64,000 nucleotides of DNA from positions 29,683-93,682 of the IMG/VR virus record IMGVR_UViG_3300031992_000055. The stretch is one strand, 5' to 3'. Position 1 is the first letter of the stretch; each line of letters starts with the position of its first letter. The notes beneath the pieces are model-generated. The model saw only the letters and a program-made list of their open reading frames with translations, was not told the DNA's origin and did no database searches. Positions 47,353 through 57,647 of this stretch are shown piece after piece. The translations under genes were made by a program, and so were the position numbers. This DNA comes from a virus. Its lineage: Duplodnaviria > Caudoviricetes.

Positions 47353-49703
47353 ATGGCTGGAAAATTAGGTAAATTTCAGAGACAGACTTTTAGCCACTGG
47401 AAGGGTTGACTCACAAGTTAAGCCCTTGTAAAATCGGGTAAAATCGGTGAAGCCCTCCAAATTAAAGTCAAGGGTAATACCGAGCTAAGGCAGTGGATAA
47501 TACCACTGAACAGTGTAACGCATAGAAGATGAACCTATGAATGGATTTATTTACATCATAAAGAATACTGTAAACAAAAAGGTTTATATAGGTCAGACCA
47601 AAGTTTCAGTAGAACTAAGATGGAAAGAACATTTAAGACATGCTCAGTACGGAGATCAGTTAATAAACAGAGCGATGAAAAAGCATGGAGTAGATAAATT
47701 CTTTATTGAGACATTAGAGCTTTGTGATATTTCTTTGTTAGATGAGAGGGAAATGTATTACATTGATTTGTATGACTCTACAGATAAATCCAAGGGATAT
47801 AATGTAAGTATTGGAGGAAATACTCCAAGATTCAAAAGGAAAGTTTTAAGCATATCAGATTTAATAGATTTATATGTAAACAAGCAATTTCCTTTAAAAA
47901 AGATAGCAGAAAAATATAATGTATCAAGATACATAATATGTTCTGAGCTTACAAATGCAGGAGTGACAATTAGAGATAGGCATAATTCAGCTTGTAAGAC
48001 AAATAAAACGTCAAAGAGATGGATTAAAGAATGCTTAGAGAAAGGAAAGAGTTTAAGAAATGCTGCAAAAATAGCAAAAATGACTTACTCTACTTTTAGG
48101 AATGCCTGCAAATATCACAACATAGAATATAATTCTTCCAAGAGTGCCCGACACTAGAAATAGTGAAAATATATGCTGGACTTACACAATGGTAAAGTGT
48201 AAGAACTATGGGATAAAAAGCCCGTAGGATAACAGAACGTTGACTAAGGATAACCATCTTGGCGCAATCTTTCAGTTGCAACCCCAGAAGGCTACTAATC
48301 TGATGGTGCAGTTGCTTGCTTGGTATAGAGGCAAGACTCTTGATACTTTCTTGTCACAGTTCCCCACTAAGGAGTTTGATACTGATGATGAGTACACTTG
48401 GGATGTTATTGGAAGTTCCAGAAGGAATATTCCTCTTGTAGAAGCCCGTACTGTTGATGGTACTATTGTAGATAGTAACTGTGAGTATAACATTGGTATT
48501 GGCGGTGAACCTTTCTATCTTGTGTTTGGTGAGGACTGGTTTGCTGATGGCGAGGTGATTGTTGGTGAGCTTAATGAGCTTTATCCCTTCAGAATCCTTG
48601 GTGATGGCAGATTTGAGGGTACCAATACTGTATATAAGGTAGAACTCATGGGTGGTATTACTACTGGTGTTCCTGTTGATCAGGTGCTTCCTGGCAAGAG
48701 ATTCTCAGTTGAGTATGCTCCTGTGGAGAGAACTCTCAGTAGAAAAGTTGGTGATATTCGTTTCACTAGCCCTGTGGCTATGAGAAATGAGTTCACTACT
48801 ATTAGAATTCAGCACAAGGTTCCTGGTAATATGCTTGGCAAGAAGGTTGCTTTTGGTATTCCTGTAACAAGAGAGACTAATGGTAGATACGTCAAGGACA
48901 CTGTTAACATGTGGATGCATGAGGTGCAGTGGCAGCTTGAGCAGCAGTGGAATGACTACAAGAACAATGTGCTTGCCTTTGGTAGAAGCAATAGAAATCT
49001 CAATGGTGAATATCTCAACTATGGCAAGAGTGGTGAGGTTATTCGCATGGGTGCTGGTCTTTATGAGCAGATGGAGGTTTCCAATACTATGCCTTATAAC
49101 ACCTTCTCTCTTAAGTTGATTGAAGATGCTCTCTATCAGCTTTCTGCTTCTAAGCTTGATTGGAATGAGCGTACTTTTGTCATCAAGACAGGTGAGCGTG
49201 GTGCTATTCAGTTCCATAAGGCAGTGCTTGATACTGTTAGTGGCTGGACTGCTTTCCAGATTAATGGTGACCAGCTTGGTATGGTGAGAAAGACTAACTC
49301 TCCTCTCCATGAGAATGCTCTTACTGCTGGCTTCCAGTTTGTTGAGTTCCAGGCTCCTAATGGTGTCAAGGTGAAGGTTGAAGTTGATCCTTACTATGAT
49401 GATCCTGTGAGAAATAAGATTAGTCATCCTATGGGTGGTCCTGCCTTCTCTTACAGATATGACATCTTTGATATTGGTACTATGGATCAGCCTAATATCT
49501 TCAAGGTTGCTGTTAAGGGTCAGAATGGTGACTTCACTAGTTATGAGTGGGGTCTGAGAAATCCCTTCACTGGTCAGATGGGTAATCCTTATGCAAGCCA
49601 TGATGAGGACAGTGCTACTATCCACAAGATGTGTACTACTGGTATTTGCGTGCTTGATCCTACAAGAACCATGAGCCTTATTCCTGCTTTGCTAGTAGGT
49701 TAA
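47353..49703 (+). CDS. Major capsid protein, spliced (exon1 47353-47406, exon2 48240-49703; ~505 aa)
   Basis: MAGKLGKFQRQTFSHWKG|LTKDNHLGAIFQ matches the crAss-like MCP N-terminus as recalled for PhiCrAss001. Confidence 0.95.
47407..48239 (+). mobile_element. Group I intron (IA-like) in the major capsid gene
   Basis: IGS AGTTAAGCCCTT pairs with exon1 AAGGGT (U-G) and exon2 TTGACT. Core AAAATCGGTGAA, AATACCGAG, TGTAACGCATAG, AAAATATATGCTG; terminal G. Confidence 0.95.
47537..48157 (+). CDS. Intron-encoded GIY-YIG homing endonuclease
   Basis: GFIY...VYIGQT..RWKEH..E..YI..GYN..GG plus HTH tails. Confidence 0.92.
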   Translation: MNGFIYIIKNTVNKKVYIGQTKVSVELRWKEHLRHAQYGDQLINRAMKKHGVDKFFIETLELCDISLLDEREMYYIDLYDSTDKSKGYNVSIGGNTPRFKRKVLSISDLIDLYVNKQFPLKKIAEKYNVSRYIICSELTNAGVTIRDRHNSACKTNKTSKRWIKECLEKGKSLRNAAKIAKMTYSTFRNACKYHNIEYNSSKSARH

Positions 49704-49794
49704 TTTTCATAGTAATATAGGTTAATTGTTTGACGTGAGGCAGTGAGGGAGTTCTTCCCTCCTGCTCTCACAAATTTAAAAGGAGAATATAAAA

Positions 49795-50811
49795 ATGGGT
49801 AAAAAGAGAGTAGAAGAGAATGTCAATACTAATGTGGTAATAGATGATGCTTTTGAAGAGGCTCCTAAGATGGAAATTCCTAAGGCTCCTGTCTATAACT
49901 ACAAAGAAGAAAAGAAGATTGAACAGACAGCATTTGATGAGCCTGTAAACTGTTTGAGAAATGAGAGAATTATCGTAAGGTTTATTCCAAGGCCATCAGC
50001 AATGGTACAAAATCCTAAACACATCCTTTATGGGGGTATGGCAGAGAATGCTACAAGGAGTTTTGTAGTACCTAGATATAACTCTACAGGATTGTTCAAG
50101 AATGTACTTACTGATTCAGAGAAAGCATTCCTTGAGAAGGTAATGGGACTTGAATATAATGCTCTTAGTATCTATAGAAAGAAGGATAACTTTTGGGATG
50201 ATAGCAACCCTATGGGTATAGGAAGAGTTACTCTTCATAAGCAAGATAACTTTCTTGACTTGAGTATTCCAGAAGACTACATTAAATATAAGATTCTTCT
50301 TGCTAATAAAGATGCTATTTGCCCCTCAATGCAAGAGCTTGAAGACAGACCTAAGGCAACTTATCAGTATGTCATCATCTCAGAGAATACAGAGGCTAAG
50401 ATGAATCTTAATAGGATGGATGTAACCATGAAGAGTTACATGGAGTATGGTAAGATAGAGGATGATGTTGATACTTTGAGAGTCCTCATAGAACTCCTTG
50501 AGAAGAGGCCTCTCGCGCAGAAAGTCAAACTTGATTATCTTCAGGGAAAGGTCAATGAGTGGATTCAGAGAAATCCTAAGAAGTTCCTTCTTACTATCCA
50601 AGATGAATATCTTTCTGCTAAAGTCCTTATTAAGAGATGTGTTGAGGCAGGCCTCATAGGAATGAAGAATGATACTTATTATCTTAGACAGGATGGTTCT
50701 CCTTTGTGTGATTTAGGAGAAGAGAGCACTCTTAATAATGCTGCTAGATATATTAGTAATATCAAACACCAAGAGCTGAAGTATATGCTTGAGGCTAAAC
50801 TTAAAGATTAA
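49795..50811 (+). CDS. Conserved crAss-like protein downstream of MCP
   Basis: Synteny; LDLSIPEDYIKYKILL. Confidence 0.7.
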   Translation: MGKKRVEENVNTNVVIDDAFEEAPKMEIPKAPVYNYKEEKKIEQTAFDEPVNCLRNERIIVRFIPRPSAMVQNPKHILYGGMAENATRSFVVPRYNSTGLFKNVLTDSEKAFLEKVMGLEYNALSIYRKKDNFWDDSNPMGIGRVTLHKQDNFLDLSIPEDYIKYKILLANKDAICPSMQELEDRPKATYQYVIISENTEAKMNLNRMDVTMKSYMEYGKIEDDVDTLRVLIELLEKRPLAQKVKLDYLQGKVNEWIQRNPKKFLLTIQDEYLSAKVLIKRCVEAGLIGMKNDTYYLRQDGSPLCDLGEESTLNNAARYISNIKHQELKYMLEAKLKD

Positions 50812-50816
50812 ACATA

Positions 50817-52016
50817 ATGACTATTCAAGAGTTTTCAGATCAATTTGATGTTCTTTGGAACAACATAGCTTCCAATCAGGCACCTGGCTTGAATGAGTAT
50901 GAAAAAAGTGTTTTCCTGACTAATGCAGAAAAACAACTTGTAAGAGAGTATTTCAATGCCAATGTTGATGGTGTTGGAAGAGGATTTGATGGCTCTCAGA
51001 AAAGGCAGTATGATTTCTCTAAGATTATAAAAACAGTTTCTTTGTTTAATGTTAATACTTACGAAGAAAGAGTTTCTGATGCTGATAAGATAGATAGAAG
51101 GAGCGAAGTATTTCTTCTTCCTGATGATTACTTTTTATCTGTCAATGAGATTATTTCAGATGATAAATGGCAATTTTCAGTAATGGCTATAGACTATGCA
51201 GAGTATCAAAGACTTATGCTGAAGCCTTATAGTTATCCTGTTAAAAGAGGAGCCTGGAGGTTAATTACTAATAAAGTAGGAAGTAATTCATACAAAGAAG
51301 ATGGGTACTCTTTCTCCTCTACTTGGACAGAAAACAATCACTCTCTTTTGATAAACATTATTGTAGAAACAAGAACACTACAGGAAGGACCAGAGCCTTT
51401 TATTTATAATGGGGAATCTATGGGACTACTTGTAGACTATCGTCCTGAAAGAAGTGCTGGAAGGATTAGGTATGATATTACTTTAGATCCTACAGTAAGA
51501 CTGTTAAATCTTGATGATGCTGGAATTATAAAAGCTATTCAGGAATTCTTTAAGCAGTGGATGGAAAGAGTTAAGGATGCAGAAGAAAGGGGAGAAGAGC
51601 CTGTTAATGGTTGGTCTTCAGAATATGGGGGACTGTGTAAAGCAACAGATGCTTTTTCTAATGTTTCTGCTCCTGTAGGCAAATACAAGATGCAAGAAGT
51701 TGATAGTAGAAATATGCCAAAAGCATTTTCTTTTCAGACTTCTTACAAGTTATTGCCTGTAGTGGAAATAATAGGAAAGTTTAATAGTACTCCTCAATAT
51801 CAATTAAGGTATGTGAGAACTCCTAATCCTATAATCTTGGATAATCTTGCTATTTATGGGGACGATCTTACTATTGATAATCAGCATGGTCCTGTTGAGT
51901 GTGAGCTTCCTGAGGAAATGCATGAGGAGATTCTTGAAAGAGCAGTCACTTTAGCCAAGATAGCATGGCAGGGTGGTACAATGACTCAAGCAGCACAAAG
52001 TAACAATAGAGAGTAA
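50817..52016 (+). CDS. Tail ring protein (gp34-like) with a ~160-aa insertion
   Basis: EFSDQFDVLWNNIASNQAPGLNEYEKSVFLT...PNPIIL...CELPEEMHEEIL. Confidence 0.85.
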   Translation: MTIQEFSDQFDVLWNNIASNQAPGLNEYEKSVFLTNAEKQLVREYFNANVDGVGRGFDGSQKRQYDFSKIIKTVSLFNVNTYEERVSDADKIDRRSEVFLLPDDYFLSVNEIISDDKWQFSVMAIDYAEYQRLMLKPYSYPVKRGAWRLITNKVGSNSYKEDGYSFSSTWTENNHSLLINIIVETRTLQEGPEPFIYNGESMGLLVDYRPERSAGRIRYDITLDPTVRLLNLDDAGIIKAIQEFFKQWMERVKDAEERGEEPVNGWSSEYGGLCKATDAFSNVSAPVGKYKMQEVDSRNMPKAFSFQTSYKLLPVVEIIGKFNSTPQYQLRYVRTPNPIILDNLAIYGDDLTIDNQHGPVECELPEEMHEEILERAVTLAKIAWQGGTMTQAAQSNNRE

Positions 52017-52022
52017 TAGACT

Positions 52023-52748
52023 ATGACTAATCAAGAATTCAGTGATACTTTTGATGTCCTTCTCAACAGTTATGCTGAAAAGATGGCAGAAGGAGAGCAG
52101 GGAGCAAGAATAGATGTTGTTCTTGATGAATATGAAAAGTCTGTATACCTGACAGAGGCTCAAGATGACTTGGTGATAGGTCTATATACTGGAAGGAATA
52201 ACTTTGGTACCTCTTTTGAAGAAACAGAAGAGATGAGAAGATATCTTTCTAAACTGGTTAAGGATGATGTTCTTTATGAAGAAACTAATAGTTCTGGTAA
52301 ACCTATAGGAGTATCTAATTCTCATTTCTTTACTTTGAAAGATGATGTTTGGTTTATTACCTATGAGAGAGTTGACTTGAATGAAGAGAGGTGTGGAGAA
52401 ACAGGTTCATTAGAGGTTATACCTGTAACACAAGATGAATATCATAAGATAAAGAGAAATCCTTTTAGAGGAGCTAATAATAGGAGAGCACTTAGGCTTG
52501 ATTTGGCAGATGGACTTATTGAAGTAGTATGCAAGTTTCCTGTGAAGGATTATTATCTTAGATACCTTAGAAGACCTAATCCTATTATCCTTACAGATAT
52601 AGGCAACAATGGTGATGATGCATTAGAGATTCATAGTAAATCTACTGAAACTCCTTGTGAATTACATGAAGCTTTGCATCAAAGGATACTTAATAATGCT
52701 GTTGCTATGGCTTATCAAAGCAGAGCCAGATCACAGCAATCTAAATAA
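52023..52748 (+). CDS. Tail ring protein (gp35-like)
   Basis: Paralog of the upstream gene: EFSDTFDVLLNS..LDEYEKSVYLT..PNPIIL..CELH. Confidence 0.85.
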   Translation: MTNQEFSDTFDVLLNSYAEKMAEGEQGARIDVVLDEYEKSVYLTEAQDDLVIGLYTGRNNFGTSFEETEEMRRYLSKLVKDDVLYEETNSSGKPIGVSNSHFFTLKDDVWFITYERVDLNEERCGETGSLEVIPVTQDEYHKIKRNPFRGANNRRALRLDLADGLIEVVCKFPVKDYYLRYLRRPNPIILTDIGNNGDDALEIHSKSTETPCELHEALHQRILNNAVAMAYQSRARSQQSK

Positions 52749-52818
52749 ATGTGATTTTATAACGTCTGAGACTTTTAGCCAGAAGCTCAGATAATGTCTA
52801 ACTTAAACTTTTTATATT

Positions 52819-53877
52819 ATGGTTTTTAGTACAAATCAGAATAGGCATTTCTTTGTTGTCAAAACTTTCAACACAGAAGCGGCTACTGGAGATACTTGGC
52901 TTCAGAAGACTCTTGGAACTCTTGAGGCTGGTGAGATTGGAGATATAGATAAGAAGCTGTATTTCCGTTACATGGGTCCTGCAGGTCCTATCAAGACTGA
53001 CTACATCCCTCTCAAGAGCATTGAGTATGTTAGAGTTACTAAGAGTACTGCCCTTAGAGAAGTCCTCAAGAAATTTAAGGTGACTCTTGATTCTGATTAT
53101 CTTGATAGTGGTAAGCCTATTGCAGGTCAGGACTATGTGCTTAGAATTGCTTTCAGACAGTTCTATGGCATGAGTGATGAGGATCAGTATTTCAAGGATG
53201 CAGTTGTCCATGTGACTCCTGGAATGACTACTGCTCAGTTCTACAAGAAGATGGTAGAAAGTCTTAATCTCAACTTCTCTAGAGAGCTGGGAGCAACAAA
53301 GACTGCTAACCCCTATCTTGAGTTCAGTGCAGGCACTGCAGGTTCAGAGGATGGTATCTACATTACTGAGAAGGAACAGGAGTGGATTCTTGGTGTTGCT
53401 GCTCAGCAGAGAGTGATGTTTGAGGTGTTCCCCACTACTATCTTTAAGGATGGTGATGACTTTATTTGGGGTGAAGTAGAGGACATTACTCCTCCTAAGA
53501 CTATTGAGGATACTGATGAGAATTCAGAGACCAATGGAGAGCAGATTCCTAATCCTGAGTGGGAGAGTGGTTCTATTCCTGATGGCAAGAAGATTGCTGA
53601 TCTTGAGTATTTCTGCATGGGTGAGAGAGGTGACCAGTATAGAATGGTTGGTTGGCCTAATATTGTTCCTACCACCTATCTTGTGGATCCTTCTAAGGAG
53701 TACAATGTTCTTGATATTCACTTCTCTTTCAGAGATACTGGTGTCAACAGTTACAAGAGTGAGAAGGATATCATCTTTGTAGGTGTGGTTCCCACAGGAG
53801 GTGCTAGCGATGTTATTGAGCAGCTTGCTACTTATCTTGGTAATAAGCTGGAGTGTGACATCGAAGTAATAGAGTAG
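52819..53877 (+). CDS. Auxiliary capsid protein (gp36-like)
   Basis: FSTNQNRHFFV...IADLEYFCMGERGDQYR; capsid-like codon bias. Confidence 0.85.
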   Translation: MVFSTNQNRHFFVVKTFNTEAATGDTWLQKTLGTLEAGEIGDIDKKLYFRYMGPAGPIKTDYIPLKSIEYVRVTKSTALREVLKKFKVTLDSDYLDSGKPIAGQDYVLRIAFRQFYGMSDEDQYFKDAVVHVTPGMTTAQFYKKMVESLNLNFSRELGATKTANPYLEFSAGTAGSEDGIYITEKEQEWILGVAAQQRVMFEVFPTTIFKDGDDFIWGEVEDITPPKTIEDTDENSETNGEQIPNPEWESGSIPDGKKIADLEYFCMGERGDQYRMVGWPNIVPTTYLVDPSKEYNVLDIHFSFRDTGVNSYKSEKDIIFVGVVPTGGASDVIEQLATYLGNKLECDIEVIE

Positions 53878-53914
53878 TTCCATTTTACTTTTGCGAATTA
53901 TTGTTCTATACAAT

Positions 53915-53950
53915 GGGAGGAGAGGCTTGGTCCTCCCTCCCTTTCTTTTT
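53915..53950 (+). terminator. Intrinsic terminator
   Basis: GGGAGG-GAGG/CCTC-CCTCCC plus T tract. Confidence 0.7.
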
Positions 53951-53967
53951 AATTTAAATGTGAAGAT

Positions 53968-54258
53968 ATGCAATACTTGAAGCTGATTATTTCTAATAAT
54001 GCTCCTAATACAAGGAGTGTCATTTGGGCAAAACCTATAGAGGGAGGATATGCTTTATATATTTTTGGCAATGGTATGTGGAAACCTTTGAAGGCTGTTG
54101 ATGATAAGGGTACTTCTTCCATATCAGATGATACTATTATTTCTACAAGCGGATCTCTTAGTGCTAAAATCTACGAGCTAGAAGATAGTACTTATGGTAT
54201 TAAACTTTCTTCTTCAGAAGAAGATATTTTTGAGCCTTTGGAGGAAAGCACTATTTAA
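53968..54258 (+). CDS. Small structural protein
   Basis: IISNNAP..VIWAKP...GNGMWKP, fibre-like motif. Confidence 0.6.
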   Translation: MQYLKLIISNNAPNTRSVIWAKPIEGGYALYIFGNGMWKPLKAVDDKGTSSISDDTIISTSGSLSAKIYELEDSTYGIKLSSSEEDIFEPLEESTI

Positions 54259-54283
54259 TTATCTTGTTTAATACTTATATGCC

Positions 54284-54946
54284 ATGGTAATATTTGATCA
54301 GTTAAGGATCTCTGACAAAGGAGATCAAATGTATATAAATGCCCATATTAACAAAGCAACATATAAAGATGCTGCGGGTAACCAGCAAGAGTACTTCAAA
54401 GATATGTACATTAAGAAGCTGACTATCATGGCAGCAGATGATGTTTCAGAAGATACTCCTTGTGTTGTTCCTGATGATGTAGAGAAGATTCTTCATGAGC
54501 AAGAGTTTCCTGAGGGCACTAAAGAGATAAACCTGATTATTCCTTTTTGGGACTTTAGTCATATAAGACTTGCAGATGATCCTTGTGTCAGACAGTTTAC
54601 AATAAAGGAAATGATAGGTACTTTATTCTTTGTGTTTATAGAGACAGAAGGAACTCCTAGTGACTGCGTTCCTTGTTATGCAGATAAGACTACTTCAGTT
54701 GGGGTTACTTTTGATGAGAATGTTCTCTATCAAAGAGTAATGGATTACACAAGACAGTTGGCAAGTGATTGTACTATTCCTACAGAGTTTACAGATTTTA
54801 TCTTGCTCTGGAATGCTTTCAAGGCTTCTGTTGAGACAGAGCACTATATACCAGCAATAAAGTACTATAATTTGTTGTTTGGCAAGGGTAATACTCCTCA
54901 ATCAAGGAGTGGTCGTGCAATCAAAGGTTGTGGGTGTCATGGATAG
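54284..54946 (+). CDS. Tail hub protein A (gp38-like)
   Basis: FDQLRIS...GCGCHG C-terminus. Confidence 0.75.
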   Translation: MVIFDQLRISDKGDQMYINAHINKATYKDAAGNQQEYFKDMYIKKLTIMAADDVSEDTPCVVPDDVEKILHEQEFPEGTKEINLIIPFWDFSHIRLADDPCVRQFTIKEMIGTLFFVFIETEGTPSDCVPCYADKTTSVGVTFDENVLYQRVMDYTRQLASDCTIPTEFTDFILLWNAFKASVETEHYIPAIKYYNLLFGKGNTPQSRSGRAIKGCGCHG

Positions 54947-55391
54947 AATACTATATGATTCTTTAAGCAGATACTATAATGCTTTAGAAAAAACAGGCTA
55001 TATGTCTCACGACAACTCTTTAAAGCTTCTTCTTCTGATTTTCTATAGAGACTTTGTCTACAGTGATTACAGAGGATTACTTACAAGAGAAGACTACTGT
55101 TGGATTGAGAGAGCCCTTGAGTGTTTATATGGAACTACATGTTTAATACCTTATCCAGATTATCTAAAAATGGGAAAATTGAAATTAGGAGATATCTCAG
55201 AGCTTGCATGTAGAGTCAAGTCTCTTGAGGATGAGAAAGTTCTTAAGTTAATACATAACATAGAAGAAATGACCAATGATCCACATTCTGATGTTATTGT
55301 TAGGATAGAGGAAGAAGTAGAGGATAATAATGAGGAGGAAGACAATGCTGAAGATACTCCTATTATTACTGACCCTTCTCAGATTCTCTAG
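54939..55391 (+). CDS. Tail hub protein B (gp39-like)
   Basis: RYYNALEKTGY...ALECLYGTTCLIPYP. Confidence 0.75.
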   Translation: MDRILYDSLSRYYNALEKTGYMSHDNSLKLLLLIFYRDFVYSDYRGLLTREDYCWIERALECLYGTTCLIPYPDYLKMGKLKLGDISELACRVKSLEDEKVLKLIHNIEEMTNDPHSDVIVRIEEEVEDNNEEEDNAEDTPIITDPSQIL

Positions 55392-55486
55392 TAAAGAAGT
55401 CTTTTAGTAAATAAAACAGTATTATTAATGTGGCTCAGAGGTATGATAAAATATTATACCTTTGGGCCATAATAAATTATAACATT

Positions 55487-56233
55487 ATGTTAGTAAAGGA
55501 AATAGTCTATATGTGTCTTGACCTTGCGAAGGCTGCTACTAGTGATGATTCTTTCTTCACTGAAGAGCATGTCATCTTTCTTATAAAGAAGTTCAGGAGC
55601 TTCCTTATAAAGAAAGAGCAGGAGAAAGAGAAGAATAGTACAGATATTGCCTCAGAGTTTGAGTATCAACAGATTTGTCTAAATCTAGAAAAGGTTCCTG
55701 CTATTGATGGTGATCCTTGTACAGGAGGTTATTACCTTAGGACAGAAGAGGAGATACCTAAGATTCTTGAAGGGACTCAGCTAAGAGTATACCCTGTAGA
55801 CTTCTATCAAGGTATTAATGTTGCTTATGTTCCTAGAGAGAGAATGAGGTATGTAGGTACTAATAATTACTTGCGTAATATTATCTATACTTCATTAGGT
55901 CCTGATATGCACATGTATCTTAACAGTAGTAATCCTCAGTTCTTCTATTTGAAACAACTTAGAGTTAGTGCTATCTTTGAAGACTTTGATAAAGCTGCTG
56001 AGTATGCTTGTGATGATGAAGGTACTAGTGCTGCTTGTGATGTTCTTGAGGCAGAGTTTCCTGTAAGAGAATACTTGGTTCCTTCTCTGATAGAACTTGT
56101 AGTGAAAGAACTTGTTGGAGCTAATTATAAGCCTAAGGACACTGCTAATGACGCTGCTGATGATCTTGCAGACTTGGCAGCCTTCATAAGGAGAAACAGC
56201 AAGTCTGATTTACAGAAGCAAATTGAGGCATGA
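55487..56233 (+). CDS. Tail ring protein (gp40-like)
   Basis: SDDSFFTEEHVIFLI..YQQICLNLEKVPAIDGDPC. Confidence 0.8.
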   Translation: MLVKEIVYMCLDLAKAATSDDSFFTEEHVIFLIKKFRSFLIKKEQEKEKNSTDIASEFEYQQICLNLEKVPAIDGDPCTGGYYLRTEEEIPKILEGTQLRVYPVDFYQGINVAYVPRERMRYVGTNNYLRNIIYTSLGPDMHMYLNSSNPQFFYLKQLRVSAIFEDFDKAAEYACDDEGTSAACDVLEAEFPVREYLVPSLIELVVKELVGANYKPKDTANDAADDLADLAAFIRRNSKSDLQKQIEA

Positions 56234-56757
56234 TGAACTACAGTGACTTTGAAAATAAAATCTTGCGTAGGGGAGATGGAGTATTTAAAGTCCGTAATTC
56301 CTGGGGAGTGTATGATGCCTATAAACATATAAGGAAAAACAAATGGTATAATATTGGAAGACCTGTAAAGGAACAAGAGTTTTATTCTATAATCCGGAAG
56401 GTTAATATCTTGCTAGCTAAAAGTCTTTCTGACGGGGAGAACGTTATTTTTCCTTCTTGTATGGGATGTTTAGAACTTAGAAAGAGAAAGGCAGAAGCCT
56501 ATCTTAAGGATGATAAAGTAGAAATTAATTATCCTGTAGACTGGAAGAATACTTTGGTATTGTGGTATAAGGATGAAGAGGAATACAATAAGAGGACTCT
56601 TATAAGAAGGAATGTACCATTTGTATACAAGATAGCCTATAATAAAAGAAGAGCTAATTATCAGAATAAAGGCTTTTATAAGTTTGTCCTCAACAGAAAG
56701 GTAAAGAGGGCATTAAGGGATAATATAGAAAAAGGTAAAATAGATGCATTATGGTAA
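56230..56757 (+). CDS. IHF-like protein
   Basis: NSWGVYDAYK..FPSCMGCLELRK..VDW..T..LW. Confidence 0.7.
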   Translation: MMNYSDFENKILRRGDGVFKVRNSWGVYDAYKHIRKNKWYNIGRPVKEQEFYSIIRKVNILLAKSLSDGENVIFPSCMGCLELRKRKAEAYLKDDKVEINYPVDWKNTLVLWYKDEEEYNKRTLIRRNVPFVYKIAYNKRRANYQNKGFYKFVLNRKVKRALRDNIEKGKIDALW

Positions 56758-57647
56758 GAGAATTACAATATACAAGTATAAGGAGAGTGTTGGATAATCT
56801 GTTGGATCATCCATTACTTAGAGATGTTAACCTTGAACAAGCAGTAAGATATACTTTACGCTTTATCGGGTTACATGGTTATGCTAAACTCTATCAAGAT
56901 AAAATAGAAGATGTAGATATCAAGGATTTTAGAGGAATGCTTCCTTGTGATCTTATAAGCATTATTCAAGTTAAAGACTTGGATTCAGGAATTTGTTTGA
57001 GGGCTATGACAGATAACTTTACTCCAGGACTTGTTCCTCATGATAAGAGGCATCATCATCGCCCTCCACGCTTTGGAGTATACATACCCCCTACTTACAG
57101 CTCCTCTAGAGAGCCTGCTTTCAAGACTCAGGGTAGAGTTATATTTACCTCCTTCCCGAGAGGCAGAGTAGGCATTGCTTATAAGGCTATTCCTATTGAT
57201 GAGGATGGGTATCCTCTGTTGATAGATAATGAGACTTACTTGGCTGCTCTTGAGGCTTACATTAAGATGAAAGTGTTTACTGTCAAGTTTGATACAGGGA
57301 AAATCCAGATAGGTGTTTTGCAGAATGCTCAGCAAGAGTATGCTTTTCTTGCAGGACAATTGAGAGATGAGTTTGTTACTCCGAGTATCTCTGAGATGGA
57401 AGCTATCTCTAGGTGCATCAATACTCTTATTCCTCAAGTCAGACACTTTGATAATGGCTTTGTTGATTTGGGTAATAGAGAGTATCTTGTTAATCATAGA
57501 GGTGGCAATACTGTTAGAAGAAGATTGCCTTTGAGAGGTATGGGAATCAAGCCTGGTGAGCTTGGTCCTGAGGATATTAATCTTCCTCCTCTGAAGGCTA
57601 TTACTAAGGATGATGTTGATGAAGTTACTAATACCCATGCAGAATGA
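56751..57647 (+). CDS. Tail ring protein 1 (gp43-like) with C-terminal extension
   Basis: LDHPLLRDVNLE...RGMLPCDLISIIQV..LRAMTDNF. Confidence 0.85.
   Translation: MVRELQYTSIRRVLDNLLDHPLLRDVNLEQAVRYTLRFIGLHGYAKLYQDKIEDVDIKDFRGMLPCDLISIIQVKDLDSGICLRAMTDNFTPGLVPHDKRHHHRPPRFGVYIPPTYSSSREPAFKTQGRVIFTSFPRGRVGIAYKAIPIDEDGYPLLIDNETYLAALEAYIKMKVFTVKFDTGKIQIGVLQNAQQEYAFLAGQLRDEFVTPSISEMEAISRCINTLIPQVRHFDNGFVDLGNREYLVNHRGGNTVRRRLPLRGMGIKPGELGPEDINLPPLKAITKDDVDEVTNTHAE

Noticed and set aside
48705-49625. 306-aa antisense ORF (also 56985-57668, 53524-53973, 9953-10369 and similar)
   Set aside because: Shadows of codon-biased genes on the opposite strand, with no recognisable motifs.
53886-53893. TACTTTTG as another late promoter
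   Set aside because: Lacks the 43/32-nt boxes and is followed immediately by a terminator.
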